DNA of 52,276 bases from Minisyncoccota bacterium (GTDB lineage: Bacteria; Patescibacteriota; Minisyncoccia; Phycocordibacterales; UBA1550), in assembly GCA_028712595.1 (NCBI GenBank), contig JAQTPS010000003.1, positions 1 through 52,276 on the forward strand. Direction: 5' to 3'. The notes below the pieces were generated by a model. The model ran no database searches and was not told the origin of the DNA. It saw only the letters and a program-made list of their open reading frames with translations. Below, piece after piece: positions 1 to 5,734 of the stretch. The position numbers and the translations under genes were made by a program. Numbering within the stretch: position 1 is the first letter of the stretch; every line of letters starts with the position of its first letter.

Positions 1-123
1 GCTGGTAGGATTTGGGACGCGTTAGACCGAAAAGCAAGCCGTGAACTGTTGAAAGAAGAAATGATTCGACAGCAAAAAGTTAAGGCACGGCTTTCTACGC
101 CCCGACAATTGGCTCTTTTTTAA
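1..123 (+). CDS. Partial CDS: last 40 codons of an unidentified protein that starts outside the window
   Basis: Frame +1 is open from the window edge to TAA 121-123. No recognisable motif. Confidence 0.3.
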   Translation, partial: AGRIWDALDRKASRELLKEEMIRQQKVKARLSTPRQLALF

Positions 124-145
124 GAATCCAGTTAAATAATCGACG

Positions 146-184
146 AGCGCCTAATACCACCAACGTGGTTGCGGGCGCTTTTCT
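146..184 (+). terminator. Intrinsic-terminator-like stem-loop
   Basis: AGCGCC (146-151) pairs with GGCGCT (174-179), with an inner CAAC-GTG-GTTG hairpin, followed by TTTTCT. Further hairpins lie at 241-269 and 285-306. Confidence 0.45.
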
Positions 185-342
185 ATATTACCAAAGCGAG
201 GCTTTGGAAAATGTCCCCTTAATAAACCCTTTGTTACCAAGCCCTAGGGAGGAAGTACCTTCCTAGGGCTTGAATCTATTGGGTTAAAAAAGGCCGGGCC
301 TTTTTGTTTCCACGCCATCGCCCTGTCAAAACACTGCTTCGG

Positions 343-371
343 TTGACTTTTGCCCGCAAGGGTGCTATAGT
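343..371 (+). promoter_or_regulatory. Sigma70-type promoter, TTGACT-17-TATAGT with TGC-extended -10
   Basis: TTGACT 343-348 and TGCTATAGT 363-371. The same architecture recurs more than 15 times in the window. Confidence 0.6.
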
Positions 372-471
372 CACAACCTAGCGCGCAATTAGGTGTTCGT
401 TCTTACATTTTTTAGTTCTTTCCAAAAACACCGACTGCGTCCTAACTTCTATCATTTTCACCCCATTCTCT

Positions 472-666
472 ATGGCTAATAAAGCCAATAGTAGGTCTCG
501 AAGGAATCCTAAATCTTCCCGACCTCGGACCAAGAAATCCAAGAAGGGCTCGTGCAAGAAACATTATCGGGTAGTCCAGGAAAAATCGGAAGGAGTTCAG
601 GCATTTGAATTCCTTGAAGGAATTTTCAACGCCTGCGGAAAGGCGGGCCGATTTCAACCGGCGTAA
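472..666 (+). CDS. Small, highly basic protein (64 aa), function unknown
   Basis: ATG 472 is preceded by the pyrimidine box TTTTCACCCC 7 nt upstream. It has its own promoter (343-371) and terminator (684-717). The N-terminal half is K/R/S-rich. Confidence 0.5.
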   Translation: MANKANSRSRRNPKSSRPRTKKSKKGSCKKHYRVVQEKSEGVQAFEFLEGIFNACGKAGRFQPA

Positions 667-683
667 AAAGGTTCTGAAGAAAA

Positions 684-717
684 AGCCAGCTCCATGACAA
701 GGAGTTGGCTATTTTTG
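684..717 (+). terminator. Intrinsic terminator
   Basis: GCCAGCTCC / GGAGTTGGC stem (685-709) followed by ATTTTT. Confidence 0.6.
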
Positions 718-718
718 T

Positions 719-927
719 ACCCAGCGGGGTGGTGGGTTCTGGTGGCGATACAATACTGAAATGTATCACGTATAATTCTATAAGGTTCAATCTACTCTAA
801 ATTACTACGTCGGGTTCACCACCAACATAAATTTTCACTACAGTAAAATAATACAACTTTGTGCCAATCGCTAAAATAACCCCACCAAATAAGAACTTGG
901 TGGAGAATCCACCACCCCCGCTGGGTT
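719..927. repeat. Inverted-repeat-bounded structured element, copy A (~208 nt)
   Basis: 5' ACCCAGCGGGGTGGTGG pairs with 3' CCACCACCCCCGCTGGGT. Internal boxes are CTGGTGGCG, TCACCACCAAC, CCCCACCAAA and TTGGTGGAGA. The 3' end abuts the -35 of the next promoter. Related copies lie at 5128-5334 and 40193-40294. Confidence 0.6.
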
Positions 928-953
928 GACTTTTTGGGCGTTAGTGCTAAATT
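926..953 (+). promoter_or_regulatory. Sigma70-type promoter, TTGACT-16-TAAATT (TGC-extended)
   Basis: TTGACT 926-931 and TGCTAAATT 945-953. Confidence 0.55.
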
Positions 954-1015
954 GGGAACCGGCCTCGGGGAATTTTTTATTTCCCAAATTGTTCATTCAC
1001 AAAAACCCACTATTG

Positions 1016-1065
1016 TCGCTTTAGCCAAAAGATGCTTATTCCTAGGCATTTCTTGGTTATAGCGA
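1016..1065 (+). promoter_or_regulatory. Conserved leader hairpin, copy 1
   Basis: TCGCTTTAGCCAAAAGATGCTTA-TTCC-TAGGCATTTCTTGGTTATAGCGA. It shares an invariant core with copies at 1530, 2132, 42763 and 44044. Confidence 0.6.
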
Positions 1066-1110
1066 TTCGTGTGTCGCTATATTTTTTATTTTTTTTCTTC
1101 TCACTCACAT

Positions 1111-1371
1111 ATGAAGAATCACCGACAAAGGGAAATGGAAAATAAGCTTAGGATGTACTTCCGGCGCAATAGGGGACAACTACTGACCAAAGCCGGGAAA
1201 AAAGATCTTTACGAATATATCTTCCGTCTCCTTTGTAAAGGACTGACAAAGAACTCTCTGTTCAAGGTGATCAAAGAAGAATGTTGTGAGTCTTGTCGAG
1301 AGACAAGAGCAATCTACGATGAGATAGGGATGGACGCCCATGAAACACAGAAGAACGAGTGCTTCCAGTAA
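1111..1371 (+). CDS. Small Cys-containing protein (86 aa), function unknown
   Basis: The ORF-track start 1069 was trimmed to ATG 1111 because the upstream part covers leader RNA. A pyrimidine-rich tract precedes the ATG and a terminator follows at 1385-1419. Confidence 0.5.
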   Translation: MKNHRQREMENKLRMYFRRNRGQLLTKAGKKDLYEYIFRLLCKGLTKNSLFKVIKEECCESCRETRAIYDEIGMDAHETQKNECFQ

Positions 1372-1384
1372 TCAAGAGTAACAA

Positions 1385-1419
1385 AAAGCCAATCCGATAC
1401 ACGGCGGATTGGCTTTTTT
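1385..1419 (+). terminator. Intrinsic terminator
   Basis: AGCCAATCCG / CGGATTGGCT stem followed by TTTTTT. Confidence 0.7.
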
Positions 1420-1430
1420 AGTGTTTACGC

Positions 1431-1458
1431 TTGACTTTTTCTGTGTATATGCTATAGT
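1431..1458 (+). promoter_or_regulatory. Sigma70-type promoter, TTGACT-16-TATAGT (TGC-extended)
   Basis: TTGACT 1431-1436 and TGCTATAGT 1450-1458. Confidence 0.6.
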
Positions 1459-1529
1459 GACCTCCAGACCGTTTGGAGGTTTTGTACTTCCACTAAAAAA
1501 TAGGTTCTTTACAAAAATTCACTTAATAA

Positions 1530-1592
1530 TCGCCATAGCCAAAAGATGCTTAATCAGACCCGTTCAAGTTAGGCCTTTCTTGGCTATGGCGA
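1530..1592 (+). promoter_or_regulatory. Conserved leader hairpin, copy 2
   Basis: TCGCCATAGCCAAAAGATGCTTAA...TAGGCCTTTCTTGGCTATGGCGA, with a 17-nt variable apical region. Confidence 0.65.
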
Positions 1593-1657
1593 ATTGCCAT
1601 GCATTTTCTATTTCCGCGAAATCCTTTGGATCTCGCTTCCTTTTTCCCCTCCTTCCT

Positions 1658-1981
1658 ATGGCAAAATGCCACCAAGACGCTTGTACTTCTTACTACAATG
1701 GATGCAAGAAAAAAGTAAGAAAGAATCTTATGGATTATCTTCTTAAATTGGAAGAGTCCTACAAAGCCGGCAAAATCGAACTTAAAAAATTCAAAGTTTG
1801 CGTCCAGATAAACCTCGACACTCTTGATGTAGCCTGTGGTGTCTGGATAAAATCTCCGGAAGAAAGTATGTTGCGCAATCTTTCTTTTGCCAGAATGACA
1901 GAGCTAGATTGCGAGCGCATTGACGACGAGCTCTTTCTGGACGAATTCCCGAAAGTGAATTTAACGAGCACGAACCGATAA
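1658..1981 (+). CDS. Small Cys-containing protein (107 aa), function unknown
   Basis: The ORF-track start 1409 runs through the promoter and leader hairpin, so it was trimmed to ATG 1658. TTTTTCCCCTCCTTCCT lies immediately upstream and a terminator lies at 1999-2032. Confidence 0.55.
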   Translation: MAKCHQDACTSYYNGCKKKVRKNLMDYLLKLEESYKAGKIELKKFKVCVQINLDTLDVACGVWIKSPEESMLRNLSFARMTELDCERIDDELFLDEFPKVNLTSTNR

Positions 1982-1998
1982 ATACAGCTTTATGCTGG

Positions 1999-2032
1999 GC
2001 GGTGATCCTTTGGGTCACCGCTTTATTTTTTT
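1999..2032 (+). terminator. Intrinsic terminator
   Basis: GCGGTGA / TCACCGC stem followed by TTTATTTTTTT. Confidence 0.65.
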
Positions 2033-2039
2033 CTACCCA

Positions 2040-2067
2040 TTGACTTTTTTTATATATATGCTATACT
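2040..2067 (+). promoter_or_regulatory. Sigma70-type promoter, TTGACT-16-TATACT (TGC-extended)
   Basis: TTGACT 2040-2045 and TGCTATACT 2059-2067. Confidence 0.6.
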
Positions 2068-2131
2068 AACCCCCAGGTTGTTTGGAGCTTTTATGCTTCA
2101 ACTAAAAAACAGGTTCTTTGTAAAAAAGAGC

Positions 2132-2209
2132 GTGTCGTCGTAGCAAATAGATGCTTGAACGAACAAGGTTCTGTTAAAAACCTTAGGCATTTGTTTGCTG
2201 TGACGACGC
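2132..2209 (+). promoter_or_regulatory. Conserved leader hairpin, copy 3
   Basis: GTGTCGTCGTAGCAAATAGATGCTTGA...TAGGCATTTGTTTGCTGTGACGACGC. AGCAAA/TTTGCT covaries with AGCCAA/TTGGCT of the other copies. Confidence 0.65.
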
Positions 2210-2256
2210 ACTTTTATGCATCGCCAGTATTTCTCATTTCCTTCCCATTTTTTCTT

Positions 2257-2661
2257 ATGAAACAGTTCCGTTACTCAACTGATATCTCGCGTCAGACAAT
2301 TGACGACGTTGAGAATTTCCGCCCTCTTGTAAAAATTTGTTTTGAGCTCTGGAAAGAGTTCCAAGAGCACAAGAATAAACGCGCGAGCTCGTCGTGCAAA
2401 GAATTGGAAGGATTGCTGGAATATGCATATGAGAAGCTCAAGAAAATTGGAGAAAATCTAAATTACGATAGGTACTATGGAGATTACGAGCGAGCTCAGG
2501 TCTATGAGCATTGTTTAGAGCTTCGTTGTTGCGAAGAGAAAAGAGTCATTGACCATGCTTGCGCCGGCATACGCGCATTTCTGCGACCGCCCAGAAGGGA
2601 GGTTACAGAATTACGTGGTGTGCCGATAAGAGTAGTAGAGAGAAGTCTTGTTTTTGCATAA
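2257..2661 (+). CDS. Small Cys-rich protein (134 aa), function unknown
   Basis: The ORF-track start 2155 lies inside the leader hairpin, so it was trimmed to ATG 2257, which is preceded by TTTCCTTCCCATTTTTTCTT. Confidence 0.55.
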   Translation: MKQFRYSTDISRQTIDDVENFRPLVKICFELWKEFQEHKNKRASSSCKELEGLLEYAYEKLKKIGENLNYDRYYGDYERAQVYEHCLELRCCEEKRVIDHACAGIRAFLRPPRREVTELRGVPIRVVERSLVFA

Positions 2662-2689
2662 TTGCTTTGCAAAGAAAGCAAGCCGTCGT

Positions 2690-2716
2690 CGCCCCCGAAC
2701 CGAAAGGTGAGGGGGC
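2690..2716 (+). repeat. 27-nt GC-clamped hairpin repeat, copy 1
   Basis: CGCCCCCGAACCGAAAGGTGAGGGGGC folds as GCCCCC/GGGGGC stem, tandem GA/GA, ACC/GGT and a GAAA loop. An identical copy lies at 3167-3193. Confidence 0.8.
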
Positions 2717-2734
2717 GTTGTCATCTAAACAGCA

Positions 2735-2762
2735 TTGACTTAGAACAGCGGAGTGCTAGTGT
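2735..2762 (+). promoter_or_regulatory. Sigma70-type promoter, TTGACT-16-TAGTGT (TGC-extended)
   Basis: TTGACT 2735-2740 and TGCTAGTGT 2754-2762. Confidence 0.5.
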
Positions 2763-2799
2763 AACGGTAGAAACTTTATTCTTTTCCACCCCAAACTAT

Positions 2800-3132
2800 A
2801 TGGTTCCTTTCCCGCGTCAGAGGCCGTACTTTCCGATTGATGCTAAAACAAAAGAGATACTGAAGCGTTTTAGAAATTTGAATGTTGAGGTTAGTGATGC
2901 GGAACTCGCTTCCTTTGACCCAAGGCATTGCATTGCCATGATCCATTCGCTGGCAACAGCGCTGAAACAGAGCAACGATACGCTTGACATCATTCTTGAG
3001 GACGTTCCTCACGACCTAGAGTGCGATGGAGATCAAGCGGGAGGAGAATGCGAATGTCACAAAGAGCGCTGCGTCAAACAAAAAAAGTTGAATGAGTATG
3101 TGTTGGGCGAGCGAGAAGATCCGAATGACTAG
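2800..3132 (+). CDS. Small acidic Cys-containing protein (110 aa), function unknown
   Basis: The ORF-track start 2662 covers the repeat and promoter, so it was trimmed to ATG 2800, preceded by TTCTTTTCCACCCCAAACTAT. Confidence 0.55.
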   Translation: MVPFPRQRPYFPIDAKTKEILKRFRNLNVEVSDAELASFDPRHCIAMIHSLATALKQSNDTLDIILEDVPHDLECDGDQAGGECECHKERCVKQKKLNEYVLGEREDPND

Positions 3133-3166
3133 AAAATCATGTTAAGGTTTAACCTTGGCATAGAAA

Positions 3167-3193
3167 CGCCCCCGAACCGAAAGGTGAGGGGGC
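3167..3193 (+). repeat. 27-nt GC-clamped hairpin repeat, copy 2
   Basis: Identical to 2690-2716. Together they bracket the 2800-3132 cassette. Confidence 0.8.
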
Positions 3194-3210
3194 ATTGTTA
3201 TATGTTTTGC

Positions 3211-3238
3211 TTGACTTATTTCCATTTTGTGGTAAAAC
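3211..3238 (+). promoter_or_regulatory. Sigma70-type promoter, TTGACT-16-TAAAAC
   Basis: TTGACT 3211-3216 and TGTGGTAAAAC ending at 3238. Confidence 0.45.
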
Positions 3239-3328
3239 TTGTTGAGAGAAGTTCTAAGGTTCGTTGAATAATTATAAAATCTCTTTTTTATCTTGCCGGC
3301 GTAGAGAACTGGCTTTCACTCCTTCACC

Positions 3329-3598
3329 ATGAGAGTAGATTCTCTTTCTCTCAAAAAACTTCGGCCTGAAGTTAGAAACTTACTAAATGCAATCAGCCAG
3401 AGAGCTTTTATACAGCCACTTCCAAGATGCAGAGGGAAAGTAATGTATCCCGACAAAAAGACGGCACAGACAGTGCTGAACAATAGAAAATACAGCCATA
3501 ACGGCGTATTGTTGAAAAAATATTTTTGTCCGCTTTGCGGAAAATGGCACTTGGCCAAAAATAAGCATTGCCACCCCACAGAAACCGGTTGGACGTAG
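3329..3598 (+). CDS. Small zinc-ribbon-like protein (89 aa), function unknown
   Basis: A PRCRGK...CPLCGKWH arrangement of Cys/His ligands. Basic composition. Confidence 0.55.
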   Translation: MRVDSLSLKKLRPEVRNLLNAISQRAFIQPLPRCRGKVMYPDKKTAQTVLNNRKYSHNGVLLKKYFCPLCGKWHLAKNKHCHPTETGWT

Positions 3599-3676
3599 TC
3601 GCAGTCATATCAAGGCTTCCCCTTGATAAAGAGAAAGTTCAATGTTCTTTCCAAATTTCTTTCCCCACATATCTTT

Positions 3677-3907
3677 ATGAAAAATACAGTTAGAGAGCTC
3701 GAGGAAGAGCTCTTGAGGGTTGTTAGAAAGTGGCGTAAGGCGCGTCGCAATGGCATCGCAGAAGGGAATTGTTATGAAGAATTTTTTCTCTTACTGCGTG
3801 CATTAAAGATGCATTCACGTCAATGGAGAAAACGAATTCCAAAAGGCGAGATTCTTACACTGGAAGCATTTCTTGGTGGAAGAAAAATTCCGTGGTTGCA
3901 AAAATAG
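3677..3907 (+). CDS. Small basic helical protein (76 aa), function unknown
   Basis: Trimmed to ATG 3677, preceded by TTTCTTTCCCCACATATCTTT. No promoter is evident, so it is probably co-transcribed with 3329-3598. Confidence 0.5.
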   Translation: MKNTVRELEEELLRVVRKWRKARRNGIAEGNCYEEFFLLLRALKMHSRQWRKRIPKGEILTLEAFLGGRKIPWLQK

Positions 3908-3921
3908 TTCTTTGTGTTTTG

Positions 3922-3955
3922 AAACAGCGAGCCCTCAAAAGTTCGCTGTTTTTTG
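3922..3955 (+). terminator. Intrinsic terminator
   Basis: AACAGCGA / TCGCTGTT stem followed by TTTTGTTTT. Confidence 0.65.
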
Positions 3956-4013
3956 TTTTATTTTTATTGTTATCCACGTCGTATTCGTGTACACAATCGG
4001 AAGATGAGGTATA

Positions 4014-5129
4014 ATGAAAAGGATGGACAATATTCCAACACCTCAAAAACCTACCACTCCAGTCGCGCCCGTACCACCCAAAGAAACTCCAAAAGAATAT
4101 CTTGGGTTTACTCCTAAAGTTATTCGCACAATGAGAAGCGATATGGTGGAAGCAATCAAAGGTCAAAATGGAGTCAGTGGTTCTTCGGTTGCTCCAGCTG
4201 ACGCAAAAAGGATAGCGATACCACCACGTCCCCAGATTCCACAAGCGCCAAAAGCGCCCCAAGCTCCAGCATCTGCTGTCTCCGCTCCTGTTCCCACCCC
4301 AGCCCGTCCCTCTGCCCCAGTAATAAAAGTTGCGATAGAACAATCTACTCCTTCGCATTTTTTGAAAAGAACGATGATAGTGATGTTGGTCCTTTTGATT
4401 TTAATTGGTGGCGGATGGGCTACATATAAATATATATTCCCAAGATTGACTGCAGTAAACTTTTCAAGCATATCGTTCCCAACTTTTGGTTTTGGAAAAA
4501 CGCCAGAGCCGATAACCCCTGTGCCACTTACTCCGGTAGTTGTGACTCCACCTCCACCACTTATCGTTTCACAATCTGAAAAACGTTTTACGGTAAACAG
4601 TCAACCTTCGCAGGATTTGTTCTCGATGGTGTCTACCGAGCGCACGCTAGGCGGTTCTCCAGACGAAATTAAAAATCTCGATTTTGTAGAAGAAGTTTCT
4701 GGCGCTCAAGGCATCGAAACAAAAACAGTTCCTTTAAGTCGAATAATTACATTGTCGGGTGTTTCTACTCCGGACATACTTGTGCGTTCCATAGAAAAAT
4801 CTATGGTTGGACTTCTGGGAGAAAATACTTCGTACACTCCGTTTATAGTACTTAAAGTTTCCGCATATGACACAGGGTTTGCTGGAATGCTCGCATGGGA
4901 ACAAAATTTGCCACGCTTTTTTGATGCAGTATTCGGAACAAGAATTGCATTCCAAGCCACAGCTAAACTTAAGTTCCGCGATGTTGTCATTGCAACGCAC
5001 GATGCTCGAGTTCTTGGAGGAACACCGGACTTAACTGTCGCATATATGTTTGTAGATCCTGAAACTATAATCGTCGCAGGATCGACCACTGCCCTTGAGA
5101 AATTGGCACCTTTGGTGTCGACAAAGTAA
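4014..5129 (+). CDS. Membrane-anchored protein with a Pro-rich N-terminal region (371 aa), function unknown
   Basis: GAGG lies 6 nt upstream of the ATG, one of the few SD-like sites here. PQxPKAPQAP repeats, a single TM helix (MIVMLVLLILIGGGWATY) and a C-terminal globular part. Confidence 0.8.
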   Translation: MKRMDNIPTPQKPTTPVAPVPPKETPKEYLGFTPKVIRTMRSDMVEAIKGQNGVSGSSVAPADAKRIAIPPRPQIPQAPKAPQAPASAVSAPVPTPARPSAPVIKVAIEQSTPSHFLKRTMIVMLVLLILIGGGWATYKYIFPRLTAVNFSSISFPTFGFGKTPEPITPVPLTPVVVTPPPPLIVSQSEKRFTVNSQPSQDLFSMVSTERTLGGSPDEIKNLDFVEEVSGAQGIETKTVPLSRIITLSGVSTPDILVRSIEKSMVGLLGENTSYTPFIVLKVSAYDTGFAGMLAWEQNLPRFFDAVFGTRIAFQATAKLKFRDVVIATHDARVLGGTPDLTVAYMFVDPETIIVAGSTTALEKLAPLVSTK

Positions 5130-5334
5130 CCCAGCTAGGTGTTGGGCTCTTGGTGGTGTTTACATTATAAAATAAAGTTAATCATATGTGAGATGTGCTT
5201 TTTTCTTACGGTGTGCCACCAAGGTATCACCACCAATATAAAACCTTGACCGTATTGAGGTATTTAAACCTTGTGCAGATTTCTATCAGATAGCGTTTGG
5301 AACAATTGGTGGAGAGCCCTAACCTAGCTGGGTT
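5128..5334. repeat. Inverted-repeat-bounded structured element, copy B (~207 nt)
   Basis: 5' AACCCAGCTAGGTGTTGGGCTC pairs with 3' GAGCCCTAACCTAGCTGGGTT. It carries the same internal boxes (TTGGTGGTG, GCCACCAAGG, TCACCACCAAT, TTGGTGGAGA). It starts at the stop codon of the upstream gene and ends at the -35 of the next promoter. Confidence 0.6.
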
Positions 5335-5361
5335 GCATTTAAGGTTGGGCGTTGTTAAACT
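5333..5361 (+). promoter_or_regulatory. Promoter TTGCAT-17-TAAACT driving a leaderless dksA-like mRNA
   Basis: TTGCAT 5333-5338 and TAAACT 5356-5361. The ATG at 5369 lies 7 nt after the -10. Confidence 0.45.
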
Positions 5362-5368
5362 AACTCAT

Positions 5369-5728
5369 ATGGTAAATATTCCTGAAATCAAAAAAACACT
5401 TCTTGAAGAAAAGGCGCGTCTCGAAGGCGAACTTGCCGAAGTTGGACACAAAAATCCCGAGATAAAAGGGGACTGGTCTCCATCTGCCCCAGACCTGAAC
5501 AATCCTACCGCTGACCCTGCTGACAACGCCGATAGCATTGAAGAATTTGAGAAAAATGCCGCTCTCGAAGTTGAGCTCGAGGCGATGCTTATGGAAGTAG
5601 ATGTCGCGTTAAACAAAATAGAGGCGGGAACTTATGGCAAGTGTCGTGTTTGCAAAGCGCCAATTGAAGAAGCGCGCCTAAAAGCAAATCCTTCCGCGCA
5701 AACTTGCATCGCCCACCGCGAGGGATAG
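5369..5728 (+). CDS. DksA/TraR-family zinc-finger protein
   Basis: A coiled-coil N-terminus plus the C-terminal CRVCKAPIEEARLKANPSAQTCIAH zinc finger. The ORF-track TTG start at 5297 lies inside repeat B, so it was trimmed to ATG 5369. Confidence 0.75.
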   Translation: MVNIPEIKKTLLEEKARLEGELAEVGHKNPEIKGDWSPSAPDLNNPTADPADNADSIEEFEKNAALEVELEAMLMEVDVALNKIEAGTYGKCRVCKAPIEEARLKANPSAQTCIAHREG

Positions 5729-5734
5729 GCACTC

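Noticed and set aside
719-927. A classical MITE or IS remnant for the inverted-repeat elements.
   Set aside because: This is not fully excluded. However, the inner parts of the terminal repeats differ between copies A and B while staying complementary. No target-site duplication is evident, and no transposase is present. The element is kept as a structured element of unknown nature.
1016-2209. Integron attC sites or a CRISPR array as the explanation for the repeated hairpins between small ORFs.
   Set aside because: There are no RYYYAAC/GTTRRRY attC core sites and no integrase. Each ORF has its own strong promoter, whereas integron cassettes are promoterless. The repeats are not evenly spaced, are not direct repeats with unique spacers, and no cas genes are present.
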